A stretch of DNA of 64,000 nt from a virus. The stretch lies in IMG/VR virus record IMGVR_UViG_3300027801_001565. One strand, given 5' to 3'. Made by a program: the position numbers and the translations under genes. The notes below the pieces were generated by a model, which had not been told where the DNA came from, ran no database searches, and saw nothing but the letters and a program-made list of their open reading frames with translations. Shown one piece after another: positions 9,311 through 19,882 of this stretch. Within the stretch, counting starts at the first letter, position 1, and every line of letters starts with the position of its first letter.

Positions 9311-9742
9311 TTAATTACTCTCTCTAAATGTGTAGCTTGGACCGTATTGGTTCGAGCCATCAATTGCATAATTACCTAGGATGTTACCTCTAGGTGTATT
9401 CAATGCTGGAGTATTCCAACCTGCTGCTAATAAAACATCACCTTCTTTAAAAGTAACTTTCTTAATACCATTTGCCATTTTACGTTCTTTGACAAATTCG
9501 TTAATATTAACAAATCCCCAAACACTCTGGCTTTCACAACCACCAGCTGATACGTTAAACGTGTCTGCTGATATAATTTTAATGTATTTTTTACCTACAC
9601 TAAAAGTATATGATCTATACTTCGCCAAATTTGGGTGACGTAAATCCCCTTCCATCTTCAGATCTGCACATAACTGCTCAACCTTGTTTACTAGTTCTTC
9701 TTTTAACATATTAGTCCTCACTATTTTAGTTTGTTTCTTCAT
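9311..9742 (-). CDS. Conserved hypothetical early phage protein
   Basis: GKKYIKI...SVWGFVN...FKEGDVLLAAGWNTPALN.PRGNI family motif; directly after an early promoter. Confidence 0.75.
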   Translation of the reverse strand: MKKQTKIVRTNMLKEELVNKVEQLCADLKMEGDLRHPNLAKYRSYTFSVGKKYIKIISADTFNVSAGGCESQSVWGFVNINEFVKERKMANGIKKVTFKEGDVLLAAGWNTPALNTPRGNILGNYAIDGSNQYGPSYTFRESN

Positions 9743-9753
9743 TATATACCGTA

Positions 9754-9782
9754 AGTATACAGGGTTTTGGACCATATGTCAA
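9754..9782 (-). promoter_or_regulatory. Early promoter TTGACA-17-TATACT, GGTCC spacer class
   Basis: Same architecture as 33665-33693 and 40765-40793. Confidence 0.75.
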
Positions 9783-9831
9783 GCATTATTTTAAAAAGAT
9801 TTCAACTCTTTTTGCTAGTAAAATCAATAGG

Positions 9832-10581
9832 TTAGGTGTTTTCGTGTAAATCTTCCCATGCTACCCGTGCCAAAATGTACTCTTTTACCAGTTCTGAGCG
9901 TACAATATCCTCAGGGCCGAACTCTACTGTGTCAAATGATGGCATACTCTCAGCTATTTGTATGAATTTCTTAAGTCCGGACTTGTCGTTGCTCTTGTAT
10001 AAGTCAGTCTGTCTGAAATCCCCACAAAATATGATCTTAGAATTGTGGCCAATCCTTGTCATAATACTGTTAATCTCCATGTCGCTCATATTCTGACATT
10101 CGTCAACTACCACAATAGAGTTATCTAATGTAATACCTCTAACAAATGATGTACACATAAAGTAGATCTTCTTTTGTTCCATTAGCCGATCGTATGGCTT
10201 CTCTTTGTCTGCGAACAACTCGTCCATCATATTCTGATATGGTATAGAGTACACGTCTATCTTTTCACCGTAATCGCCTGGCAAGTGGCCTATCTCTCTT
10301 GAAGGAACAGCAGATCTAACAATTATTAGTTTACTGTATGGGCCGCCTCTGTGCATAACATCTTCCATCGCCTTGTATAACGCAATAAAAGTTTTACCGG
10401 TTCCTGCTGAACCGTGTAATAGTAATGCTTGTTTTCTTTTGTATTTTTGCCAGAACTGGTTTTGTGTATCTGTAATTGGATCGAACCGTTTAAGGTCGTG
10501 TTCTGTAACTTTGAGTGGAGTTGATCTCCGTGAATTTTGCTTTTGTTGGTCTTGAACTAGTTGAAGGTTTCTTCTAGCCAT
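9832..10581 (-). CDS. phoH: PhoH-like ATPase
   Basis: GSAGTGKT Walker A, IGHLPG, RGITLD, DECQN, GDFRQTDL, DIVRS. Confidence 0.95.
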   Translation of the reverse strand: MARRNLQLVQDQQKQNSRRSTPLKVTEHDLKRFDPITDTQNQFWQKYKRKQALLLHGSAGTGKTFIALYKAMEDVMHRGGPYSKLIIVRSAVPSREIGHLPGDYGEKIDVYSIPYQNMMDELFADKEKPYDRLMEQKKIYFMCTSFVRGITLDNSIVVVDECQNMSDMEINSIMTRIGHNSKIIFCGDFRQTDLYKSNDKSGLKKFIQIAESMPSFDTVEFGPEDIVRSELVKEYILARVAWEDLHENT

Positions 10582-10648
10582 TTGGGTTATCTCCTGTTAG
10601 TTTAAAATCTATTCAGTCCACTGTGGACTGCTCCTAACATAATATATT

Positions 10649-10990
10649 TTATACCGGTGGTGCCTCCTTTGTTGTCACTCCGTAAAGATCTCCTACTTTC
10701 TTTTTGACACCCTTTACCGTTTCTCTTAGCTTAACGTTTGTTGGGTCCTTTTTGCCGTAATCATCTGCCATATTAGAATATGGGTTAGCGTCTGCTACTC
10801 TTGATAACACGTCTTGAAATCCTGCAGGGGGTTTAGTTCTATCACCGCCGCGTGAGCTTGCGATAGCTGGAGCTTTAGTTATGATTGAAATTATATCTGG
10901 GTTTGCTTCGAGGTATATTAGCTTGTCGGCATACGACATCATGTCGTCCCAAACTACACCTTGTTTATCTTGAAAACTATATATTGGCAT
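10649..10990 (-). CDS. Conserved T4-like hypothetical protein (FmdB-like N-terminus)
   Basis: MPIYSF start and GFQDVL motif; typical position upstream of phoH. Confidence 0.6.
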   Translation of the reverse strand: MPIYSFQDKQGVVWDDMMSYADKLIYLEANPDIISIITKAPAIASSRGGDRTKPPAGFQDVLSRVADANPYSNMADDYGKKDPTNVKLRETVKGVKKKVGDLYGVTTKEAPPV

Positions 10991-11004
10991 TATCTATCCT
11001 GTAA

Positions 11005-11301
11005 TCACATTTTTCTGGATGGTACTTCAATAGCTTCCATCCCGTCTATAATCTTATTTATAAGCTTCTTACCTGGTAATGCTATGAGATCGGAGTTATA
11101 GCCCCGTATCAAACATTCTTTTATGTACAATGGGTCTATAGAAGATAAGTCTCTTCTTGTGTAACCTTTCTGTTGAAAGCCCCATGTATTTACACATAGG
11201 AGGGCTAAATCTATTTCGGTTTCAGAATAGAATGACATCCGGTACCCTTGTATTACTACGGGTAAAAGTGTCTTTTCTGGGAACTGTAGTATGTTAGCCA
11301 T
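11005..11301 (-). CDS. Hypothetical protein
   Basis: 98-aa ORF after the late promoter at 11310-11317. Confidence 0.65.
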   Translation of the reverse strand: MANILQFPEKTLLPVVIQGYRMSFYSETEIDLALLCVNTWGFQQKGYTRRDLSSIDPLYIKECLIRGYNSDLIALPGKKLINKIIDGMEAIEVPSRKM

Positions 11302-11319
11302 CTTATTTTTATTTATACT

Positions 11320-12279
11320 TTATATCGAATCTAGACGGAGTTTTCTTAACTCTTTTTTGTACGTTAATAAGAATGCAGATACACAATCATCAGTCATATG
11401 ATTTGGGCTCTTGGTAGCATCAAATAGATTAAAATCTATAACATTTTTCTGAGCAAACGTCCATAAAGGATACAGATCTTCTATGCTACTTGGTATGTCT
11501 ATACGGTGATGTCGGTGTGTGAGTCGCTTATTTAAACTGTATTCAAAGCAAGAAAATCTTGAAACAAAGGGAGTTACTAAGTTAGGTATAATTACGGACT
11601 CTATTGATGTTACAATAGCGTGCCATCTAAGAGAGTCTCCGTGTTTCCACTTTACGTTGTTTACATATGAGGTATAGTCTTTCAGGACTTTGGCACGCAA
11701 ATCTTTATCCTCGTATGAGGCGGAGGTTTTTGTTTCCCACCCCTCTTCCCACATGTAGTTATTGTCCTCAGATTTGCTAATTGTACAGATACCGTCTGTA
11801 ATTGAACCTGCTTTGTCGATTCCCTGAGAAATGGGATCGAGGCTATATCTTCCTCTATGTCCACTAGCTAGTACATCTCGACTGGGGTGACTATAACAAA
11901 TTACAACTCTATCTTCTGGTTCCATGTATTCTTTACACACCATTAAAGAGTGATACAATTTTACTATACCCCCACCACCTGAGCCTGTGTGAACACAATT
12001 AAGTCTCTTAGTTATATGACTCCAAATATTTTCACTAGGGAATTGTACAAAGCTATCTCCGAAAAACCATACTCTTGGTACCTTGTTTGATATAGGCAAC
12101 ACCCTATTTACTTGAGAAGGCTGTACGCCTGGATCGCCGTCTTTACGTTTGTTGGGGTAAATATCAGGATCTGATTGCCACTTGCGATGTTGGAATTGAT
12201 AAGCTACATCGTTTTCTCTCCAATACTCGATGGGAATATTTGGAAATTTAAAAAACTTTGACATTATACAGCTCCTCAA
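11320..12279 (-). CDS. SGNH/GDSL-like protein
   Basis: WFFGDSF block I, G.GG block II, C-terminal NH. Confidence 0.55.
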   Translation of the reverse strand: MRSCIMSKFFKFPNIPIEYWRENDVAYQFQHRKWQSDPDIYPNKRKDGDPGVQPSQVNRVLPISNKVPRVWFFGDSFVQFPSENIWSHITKRLNCVHTGSGGGGIVKLYHSLMVCKEYMEPEDRVVICYSHPSRDVLASGHRGRYSLDPISQGIDKAGSITDGICTISKSEDNNYMWEEGWETKTSASYEDKDLRAKVLKDYTSYVNNVKWKHGDSLRWHAIVTSIESVIIPNLVTPFVSRFSCFEYSLNKRLTHRHHRIDIPSSIEDLYPLWTFAQKNVIDFNLFDATKSPNHMTDDCVSAFLLTYKKELRKLRLDSI

Positions 12280-13657
12280 ATCTATTACCGTCTTCTATCG
12301 TATTTATCATAGGGCGACCTTTGATGTTTAAACTTGTATTAAGTAACATAGGACACCCTGTTTTTATATAGAACGTTTTTAGGAGCTTATATAACCCTGG
12401 ATGTTGTTCTTTGTTAACAGTTTGAACCCTAGACGTGCCGTCAGCGTGCAATATTGCTGGGTACAGTTCTTTCTTTGTACATTGTATAACGTACTGCATA
12501 TAAGGCGAGTCGCTTACTGGCATATTAAAACATGTTCCAGCATACTCCTCCATTATAACAGGTGCAAACGGCCTAAACTCTTGTCGTCTTTTTATTGCGT
12601 TAACCTTGTCCTTAATGTCTTCGCCTCTAGGGTCTGCAAACAAACTTCTATTACCCAATGCTCGTGGCCCAAACTCTGCTCGTCCATTTGCTACTCCAAC
12701 CATGTTGCCTTGTAACAACTCACCTAAAGCTTTTTGCACAGGATATTCACCTTCAATATTGTGGCCGAGATAAGGGCCTCTCCAATTAACGTGTTCTTGT
12801 GTGGATGCTAGTACTGCTCCTAACGAAGAACCAGAGTCTCCAGGAGCTGGCATTATCCAAATGTTATCGTAATGCTTTAATGCTAAATTATTAGCCACAC
12901 AATTTAATGCACACCCTCCCATAATTACTAAGTTTTCATTGTGGGGTAACATTAATTTTGCTTTGACAACTAACTTCTCAAATTCTTCTTCATATATTTT
13001 CTGCGCTGAGGCTGCAAAGTCATAATAGTCTTTAACATGAGGTAGAAAATTGCGACAACCTTTATGTAGGTTAGTGTCTAATAAATCTCTCATCGGTTTA
13101 TAATATCTGTTAGGGTCGCCGTACGCAGCCATACCCATTAAAATATATTCTTCTTCATTTGGCTTTAGGTAGCATCTATGTGTAATAGCAGAGTAAAACA
13201 ATCCCAACGATGTCGGGTATCGTTGACTCCATATTTTATGTAAGCCGTGATGAGGAACTCCGTCCCATATGCTTGTAGTAGTAAACTCTCCAATAGCATC
13301 TATAACGAGAACTGTTGCGTTTTGATATGGACTAGTATAAAATCCTGCCGCTGCGTGTGTAGTATGGTGTGTATGAAAGTTTATTTTGCGTTTCTTTAAA
13401 TATGGGTGTAGAGGGAGGCGCTTAAGTTTTTGTCCTGCGTATAATCGCCTAAGGTTTTTTAGTTTATTATTCTCATACCAATTAATATCTTCTGGTTCGC
13501 CGAATTTTAATGCTGCTTGTATTAACTCATCAGGTAAGTTTGCATCGTTCTTTATTCCACTATATCGTTCAGACTCAGATGCGAACAGTATCTCGTCTCC
13601 ATCAACAACGGAAAGGGCTGCGTTATGGTTGTATGCTGATATGCCCCACCTAATCAT
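12248..13657 (-). CDS. O-carbamoyltransferase (NodU/CmcH/TobZ family)
   Basis: ESERYS..K, HHTTHAA, IDAIGE, GGCALNC, PGDSG, EFGPRALGNRS, RPFAP, HADGTSRVQTV, LNTSLN. Confidence 0.95.
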   Translation of the reverse strand: MIRWGISAYNHNAALSVVDGDEILFASESERYSGIKNDANLPDELIQAALKFGEPEDINWYENNKLKNLRRLYAGQKLKRLPLHPYLKKRKINFHTHHTTHAAAGFYTSPYQNATVLVIDAIGEFTTTSIWDGVPHHGLHKIWSQRYPTSLGLFYSAITHRCYLKPNEEEYILMGMAAYGDPNRYYKPMRDLLDTNLHKGCRNFLPHVKDYYDFAASAQKIYEEEFEKLVVKAKLMLPHNENLVIMGGCALNCVANNLALKHYDNIWIMPAPGDSGSSLGAVLASTQEHVNWRGPYLGHNIEGEYPVQKALGELLQGNMVGVANGRAEFGPRALGNRSLFADPRGEDIKDKVNAIKRRQEFRPFAPVIMEEYAGTCFNMPVSDSPYMQYVIQCTKKELYPAILHADGTSRVQTVNKEQHPGLYKLLKTFYIKTGCPMLLNTSLNIKGRPMINTIEDGNRFEELYNVKVF

Positions 13658-14345
13658 ATATAAAAGGATCGCTGTGTGGTAAGTCTTTTGGTTTCCCTGT
13701 TCTCTTTTTAGGATTATGTTTCACGTTTACCCATTGAAGTTGTTCATTCATTTCTGGGGGTTTCCCAAGTCGAGTTTTATACATGTCTCGACCCTGTACA
13801 TCTTTCAACATGTAGTCTGCTAACTTCATAACTTCTTGTTTAACTTCACCTGCGGTCCATTGAGAAGGCTCTGCTGGATCTACTGTAAAGAATACACCTT
13901 CATGTAACCAGGAGTTAAATTCACAAAGATAAATCCTACTATGTTTATTATTAAAGTATGGTGAAAATTCGGGTTGGTTCATATGAGATCCAACACCAGC
14001 TGTTATCATCCAACCTACTTTTAAATTTTTATGACAGCCAACCTTTTCAAGTACTTCTTGTGTCCACAACACATCAACATAATAACTCTCTGCGTTGATT
14101 CGTTGTGGTTTTGAATTATGATTAAAAAATACTAAGTCATATTTCTGCCTTTCAAGTAAATGTATTTGTCTCTCTAGAGATGTCTTACTTCTCCAGTCTA
14201 TGTAAATGGCATTAACATTATCTGGTTTGTCTTCCCAATCCTTGTTAGAACTTATAACGTCTATTTCATCATATCTATATGATAATTGGCGTAGCAATAC
14301 CTTACCGTATTTAGAACCACACCCTGTTAATAAGACCTTACTCAT
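13650..14345 (-). CDS. Divergent short-chain dehydrogenase-like protein
   Basis: KVLLTGCGSKYG Rossmann motif; DLVFFN; Y...K. Confidence 0.5.
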   Translation of the reverse strand: MSKVLLTGCGSKYGKVLLRQLSYRYDEIDVISSNKDWEDKPDNVNAIYIDWRSKTSLERQIHLLERQKYDLVFFNHNSKPQRINAESYYVDVLWTQEVLEKVGCHKNLKVGWMITAGVGSHMNQPEFSPYFNNKHSRIYLCEFNSWLHEGVFFTVDPAEPSQWTAGEVKQEVMKLADYMLKDVQGRDMYKTRLGKPPEMNEQLQWVNVKHNPKKRTGKPKDLPHSDPFIYD

Positions 14346-15444
14346 GTATCTTTATCTCCATTATTTTGTTTCCGCCGTTGTGTCCGTCCCAAAAGTCTTT
14401 CATATGCTCTTTCCCGTTTATTATACGCCCTAGTGGCCATCCAAAAGGTATTTTATTATCATCAAAGTCTTTACTTTTAGATATTATCTGTCTATCCTCT
14501 CTATCAGAAAATTCAAATCCAAAGTTTACTTGGTGTCCATTATTTATATCAAATTGTTTTGCGTCGTCTTCGTCTATGTATGCTAAACTTGGGCCCTTAC
14601 CTAATATACAATCTTGTGGTGCCCACACATCATAATCATCTGATGATTGATACTCGTATAAATGAGGAGGAATGTCTATATATTCCATTGATTTCCATTG
14701 AATCAGAAATTTCTTTTCTGTCCAGATACCAGGTACCTTGCAGTTCGTTTGTTTCCAGTAATCGGTAGGCATAGGTTGAATTTGTATTGTCTGAATTTTT
14801 GGAAGTTTTGCAACTCTTTTAGACTTTGAATATAATATAGGTTCTACATCATGCACAATATTATTTAAAGCAAGGACAGCATCTTTAAAAGGCACTCTCA
14901 TGTTTTCAGTAATTATAAAGTCTCCTTCAAGTTTAACTGTGGGATCGCCATTTGTCCTTTGTATCTTTTCTCTGTCTATGCAATCCACTTCCCAATTATA
15001 TATAAATGAGAAATCATATCTTCTGGGATCCCAGCATTGCCTTCTAGTACTCCATGGGCCTGCTGGATACGCTACTCTCACAAAATATCTATGTACAGTA
15101 TTTAATAACTCTCGTGTTTTCTTCTTAGACCTTTTAAAAGATACCTGTTTGGGTGATACGGGAAAATAATTTTCAGGATCTAAAAATGTGTTTATGTTAT
15201 CTATTGCATCCTTGAGTTTTTTTTCTTGTAGTCCAAGAAACTTAGATATATTTTCTGAACCATGAATGTCATTATCGGGGGAAAGCAAATTAAGTCTTTT
15301 TGAAATAAATGGTTCTGCGAACAGTAACTTGTCAACATACCAAGAAACCCACCATTGTACGAAGTCATTATTCAGATCGGGCTCCCAAACAATAGAAGCT
15401 TTCTTTCCAAACGTTTTAGGATTTAATACTACTTCTATTTTCAT
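14338..15444 (-). CDS. Hypothetical protein
   Basis: 368-aa ORF coupled to neighbours in the operon. Confidence 0.7.
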   Translation of the reverse strand: MKIEVVLNPKTFGKKASIVWEPDLNNDFVQWWVSWYVDKLLFAEPFISKRLNLLSPDNDIHGSENISKFLGLQEKKLKDAIDNINTFLDPENYFPVSPKQVSFKRSKKKTRELLNTVHRYFVRVAYPAGPWSTRRQCWDPRRYDFSFIYNWEVDCIDREKIQRTNGDPTVKLEGDFIITENMRVPFKDAVLALNNIVHDVEPILYSKSKRVAKLPKIQTIQIQPMPTDYWKQTNCKVPGIWTEKKFLIQWKSMEYIDIPPHLYEYQSSDDYDVWAPQDCILGKGPSLAYIDEDDAKQFDINNGHQVNFGFEFSDREDRQIISKSKDFDDNKIPFGWPLGRIINGKEHMKDFWDGHNGGNKIMEIKIHE

Positions 15445-16001
15445 ATCATATCAATATGTAATATTTGATAACCAATAAGTCGAGAGCCAGGACCTGGGTT
15501 GGTTATTGCATGTGTTGTATTCCAGTTGTTTAACATAAACACTCCGGTTCCTTTTAATACAGGGCCCTCGTATCCTAGCTCTAAAAATCTAGTACCGGAG
15601 CCTTGTGGATTGTCTTGTAGGTTTATAATTAATACACCAAAGACATGTCTGTTGTCTATGTGTGGGGACATATCAAAACCTTCGCCGTCTTGTATAACTA
15701 CTCCAATGTCTTTAAACTTTGGCATTCTAAATTTAGATAAAGACTTCATCCACATCTGCCTTACCTCTTCTATATTACTTATATCACCTTGTATATACTT
15801 TTCTAATATTGTTGTATGTGCGTCCCACGCATCACAAAAGTCTAATTTGTCTATTCCTGGTTTACTTTCTTTTCTTAAATGTACAGTATCTGACTCATAC
15901 CCTTGATCATATGTATCGTCTCCTGTAAACAAATATTGGGGAACATGAAACCCCGTTACTTCCCAAACAGGAAAGTCATTGTCTATTAAATCTAATCTCA
16001 T
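15441..16001 (-). CDS. 2OG-Fe(II) oxygenase-like protein
   Basis: HID...H facial triad and distal R; GTRF motif. Confidence 0.65.
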   Translation of the reverse strand: MRLDLIDNDFPVWEVTGFHVPQYLFTGDDTYDQGYESDTVHLRKESKPGIDKLDFCDAWDAHTTILEKYIQGDISNIEEVRQMWMKSLSKFRMPKFKDIGVVIQDGEGFDMSPHIDNRHVFGVLIINLQDNPQGSGTRFLELGYEGPVLKGTGVFMLNNWNTTHAITNPGPGSRLIGYQILHIDMI

Positions 16002-17251
16002 GCTAAATGTTCTCTGTGGTCTGTAGATTTCCGTATCTTTTTGTATGGGTTGTCTTCGTGAGACATTGTGTCGTCTAATACATTCGCCTTACCACATGTC
16101 TCAGTACATAATGCTAGTTTTCCATTAGCAGTGGTTTTATCCCAATCATCTGAATACACTTTGTTTAACAGGCCGGTGTCTAGTAATTCTTTTAACGATA
16201 TGTTGTGTAGATTAAAATTGTCTAATCCTAACTTTAACATTTTTTCTTTTAATTGGTGGGTTTTAAATGTTATAGATGTTTTTTCTGATTTATCAATAAA
16301 GGGGATAATAATTCCTATCCAACAACAGGGGGTAACAAAACCACTGGCGGATACATATACCTCTCTGTAGCACCTTGGACGAATTGGTGTGTTGTCCCAC
16401 TCTTCTAGATGATGCTGTTTAACACGAGTCAAACCGACTGTGCCTTCTATGTATCTATGCCTGTGTGTATTGTCTGGCATTGTAACTTTGTCAAACTCTT
16501 TATTCTTTGTTATAATAATATCTGTGTTAGTTGTTTTAATATAGTTTACTTTGTCTTTTTGCTCTGTAGGAGGATATATTTGATATTCAGTTTTACCTTC
16601 TTTGTTTAGAGCTGGCATGGTTGCGTGATTATTTCCATCGTCTAATCCATGAGCTTTTTTAGGTGAAAACTGTTTGATGCCTAACTGTATTGACATCTCT
16701 TTAGCAGCTTTGACTTGTAGTTCGTTGTGTTTAAAAATTAAAAACTCCCAGTCACTATTACCTTCATGTTTAGTATATGCTTTAACATTAGCCATCAACT
16801 TATCCCAATTTACATTCCTTCTGTATATGTGGTTTGTGTCTTCTAGGCCGTCTATTGAGAATATCATTTTCCATGATTCAGGTCTTTTTGCAAACAGCAT
16901 TCCGATCTTATCCCAAATTTTGGGTTGCTTCATGCCTCCGTTTGTGTGCATCTGTACGCCACAATAGTACTTTGTATTATCAAAAACATACTCTAGTATA
17001 GGGACTAAGTCTTTACATGAACCCGGATCGCCGTGATTGCCACAGAATAAAATCTGTTTCATCTTCATTAAAGTCTCTCTTGGAAACCACTCTTTAAACT
17101 TTTCTATAGTTATTGACTGTGGGTAAAGTTCAGGAATAACATTGGGGCTATTTTGAAAGTACCGTGGACAGTTAGGACAAATAGAGTTACATACACTAGA
17201 TAACTCAACGTGCATCTTGTTTATATTGTCGTATGAAAAATAGCCGCTCAT
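15998..17251 (-). CDS. Radical SAM protein with C-terminal SPASM/twitch-like Cys region
   Basis: CNSICPNC; GNHGDP; FSIDG; YVSASG.VTPCCW...CTETC. Confidence 0.9.
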   Translation of the reverse strand: MSGYFSYDNINKMHVELSSVCNSICPNCPRYFQNSPNVIPELYPQSITIEKFKEWFPRETLMKMKQILFCGNHGDPGSCKDLVPILEYVFDNTKYYCGVQMHTNGGMKQPKIWDKIGMLFAKRPESWKMIFSIDGLEDTNHIYRRNVNWDKLMANVKAYTKHEGNSDWEFLIFKHNELQVKAAKEMSIQLGIKQFSPKKAHGLDDGNNHATMPALNKEGKTEYQIYPPTEQKDKVNYIKTTNTDIIITKNKEFDKVTMPDNTHRHRYIEGTVGLTRVKQHHLEEWDNTPIRPRCYREVYVSASGFVTPCCWIGIIIPFIDKSEKTSITFKTHQLKEKMLKLGLDNFNLHNISLKELLDTGLLNKVYSDDWDKTTANGKLALCTETCGKANVLDDTMSHEDNPYKKIRKSTDHREHLA

Positions 17252-18642
17252 AATTGTCTCACGGGAATATTTTTTTCTTTTAACGCATCTTGAACTTCGT
17301 TTTGGTGATATCCATAATAGTCAACCATATTATATGGCAAATCCATAAACCATTTATGTGCGTCTGGGTTTGTTAGCTTGTACAAGTCAGGGAGTTTAAT
17401 TGTTTTTTGGTATTCGTCCCTGTGTAGCGTCTTACTTTTAATTGCACTTAAATACTCTGGACTATCTAATACATCTACATTCTCCTCTTTAGAACGTAAA
17501 TAATATTTTAAAATATCAATTGTTTTTTCTTTGTTTACAAAAGAAGAGTTTTCAAAAGCTTGTATTGCGTGTTCCATTGCTGGTTTAAATATATGTGTAG
17601 GATAAACACATATATCTAAAATACATTGTTGCGCTTTATCTCTTTGGTTGATCATATATAGATGATTTGCCACTCTCATACCTGGCCACTGCTCGAAGAA
17701 TTTTATATATCTATCAATGTCAAATATAACAGGAGCTGTTAACACACTTGCTACTTCCATTGTAATACCTGCTTCGTGGAACTCTCTCCAATTCTCCTCA
17801 ATAATATCCCACTTGGCACCGTCCCTTGTATACTCCAAGGTTTCATGTGTTCCATCTAAACTTGCCTCAATGCGCAAGTGTTTAAACTTATTTAATATCT
17901 GGGCGACAGGTTTACCTTTCCACATTCTTCGTGTAAGGTTTGTATTATAATGTACTCTAATGTTATCAATATAATCTGTATATTCCGGATCGTCTCTCAG
18001 TTCTAACATCTTTTCCATTACAGTCCAATGTACAGGTGACATAAATGGCTCACCGCCTGCCCAATAGAAACCTGTTATTCTTTTTTCTACTAAACCTCTA
18101 ACCATTTCATCGGCAGTAGCCTTCTCATGTTTCTTATCAACTTTGAAAGGGTTGTTGTATGTACCACCGTTTCCAGGAGAGGCGTTTAAAGCTTGCTCAC
18201 TAAACATATCTTTAAATAGTTCTATATGCTGAGAACTGTACACTATTCCACACGATACACATTGTAGATTACAATGTATTGTTCTAGAGTCGTAATAAGA
18301 TGGCTCACTTACTAAAGCACCACTCTCATTTGTTTCTTCTAATATACTTTTATATACATCTTTTATTTGTCCATCATTTTCAAATGTAGACTCTTGTCGT
18401 AACGATAGTATTCCGTTTTCTTCGTTCTGATAACATGCGTGGCATTCTTTTCGCTTAACACCGTTTAACATATCTAAACGTGTACGTCTCATATACCCCG
18501 AGTTCCAAAACTCTTTTTCTGTTGTTTTTTGTTGTCCCTTTAGGTCGTCAGATATACAGCAATATTTTCTTTCGTAACGACTACCTTGATAGTTTTCTAT
18601 CCACGGGAAAATACATAGCGATTTATTAGAATTTGAATTCAT
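17248..18642 (-). CDS. Radical SAM protein with N-terminal twitch-like domain
   Basis: CIFPW...YCC...CHACY N-terminal region; CNLQCVSC; AGGEPF; YNTN; SLDG. Confidence 0.9.
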   Translation of the reverse strand: MNSNSNKSLCIFPWIENYQGSRYERKYCCISDDLKGQQKTTEKEFWNSGYMRRTRLDMLNGVKRKECHACYQNEENGILSLRQESTFENDGQIKDVYKSILEETNESGALVSEPSYYDSRTIHCNLQCVSCGIVYSSQHIELFKDMFSEQALNASPGNGGTYNNPFKVDKKHEKATADEMVRGLVEKRITGFYWAGGEPFMSPVHWTVMEKMLELRDDPEYTDYIDNIRVHYNTNLTRRMWKGKPVAQILNKFKHLRIEASLDGTHETLEYTRDGAKWDIIEENWREFHEAGITMEVASVLTAPVIFDIDRYIKFFEQWPGMRVANHLYMINQRDKAQQCILDICVYPTHIFKPAMEHAIQAFENSSFVNKEKTIDILKYYLRSKEENVDVLDSPEYLSAIKSKTLHRDEYQKTIKLPDLYKLTNPDAHKWFMDLPYNMVDYYGYHQNEVQDALKEKNIPVRQL

Positions 18643-19882
18643 AATTAAATATATCCTTCCATGGGCCCATTTTACGAGTTTTCTCTACCTCATTAAGAAA
18701 AGTCATTCCTTGATCCCATAGGAATTTCGACTCTTCTTTTGCGTCCAAATAACTTGTTAGGGTAGGGGTTAGTATTTGATGTTTGTATTCTGATTGTTCT
18801 AAATGTGTTTTTACTTTTTGTTTCCACTCTATAGATGCACAATTTAAAGATAGATAATGAGGAAACACTAACATGTTCTGATTAATTGTTGCTATTCCTA
18901 AATCAGGATTTGCATTTCGTTTATCCACAATAGGCTGTGCCCACTTGTAGTAATCATCCAAGTATGGTGCATTAAGAAACTGTACTGTGTTAGTTATGTT
19001 GACTGCGTATAAAGACGGAGTTTCAAAAAAGAACTTATGTATGTTCTCATCTATTTGTTCCCAGGTGTTACCTTTAACAGGTTTTCTTATCCACTCGTTA
19101 ACTTTATCTACACCATCAACAGACATACCTAGAGATACATGTTTAAAGTGTTTCCATATATCCTCATACCAAGTCTCGTATTGAGAACAGTTTGTATTGT
19201 AACTTATATGAATGTTCTTAGCAACACCCTCTTCAATTAGTCGCTCTAAAAACTTCCAATGGAATGGCATCATAAACGGTTCGCCACCATTGATGTACAT
19301 ATACTTTAACGTGTCTTTGTGTTCTAATATTTCTTCAATTTTATCGTTGTTGAACCACTGATATTCTTTATATGTCTTGGGATCTGCAACAACAAAATCT
19401 AATGCATCGTCCCACTGCTTGTATTCAGATGCAAGAGATGAACTAGAGTCTGGGTTACACATCATACATTTTGAGTTACATAAATTAGACATTCTTAGAT
19501 CTAGAAACTCTAGTCTAGGTTTTGTTATGTTTTGTCCCCATCGTTCTCTTTCAACTAAACGTCTGGACTTCCCACCTCTCTTTTCTATCTTGTAACAGTT
19601 GTGGCAAGCAGGTGGCTCGACTCCGGATAACATCTGTTCTCTTGCCCTTATTACATTACTCTTATCCCATAATGTATTTACTGAATCTGTTGCAAGGTTT
19701 AACATTTTGTTTGTTTCCATATCTCTATAGAAACCATCTGAATTGGGGTTCATCATTTCTGATACACAGCACAATCCTACATTTCCGTTAGGGTGTAGGT
19801 TCATGTGGTTAAAGGGTAGAGGGCAATACACGTCTGACATGTTTTTATCTGATATGTTTTTAACTTGTATTTTATTAGACAT
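18626..19882 (-). CDS. Radical SAM protein with N-terminal twitch-like domain
   Basis: CPLPF...LCC...CHNCY; CNSKCMMC; NGGEPF; YNTN; SVDG. Confidence 0.92.
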   Translation of the reverse strand: MSNKIQVKNISDKNMSDVYCPLPFNHMNLHPNGNVGLCCVSEMMNPNSDGFYRDMETNKMLNLATDSVNTLWDKSNVIRAREQMLSGVEPPACHNCYKIEKRGGKSRRLVERERWGQNITKPRLEFLDLRMSNLCNSKCMMCNPDSSSSLASEYKQWDDALDFVVADPKTYKEYQWFNNDKIEEILEHKDTLKYMYINGGEPFMMPFHWKFLERLIEEGVAKNIHISYNTNCSQYETWYEDIWKHFKHVSLGMSVDGVDKVNEWIRKPVKGNTWEQIDENIHKFFFETPSLYAVNITNTVQFLNAPYLDDYYKWAQPIVDKRNANPDLGIATINQNMLVFPHYLSLNCASIEWKQKVKTHLEQSEYKHQILTPTLTSYLDAKEESKFLWDQGMTFLNEVEKTRKMGPWKDIFNYEFKF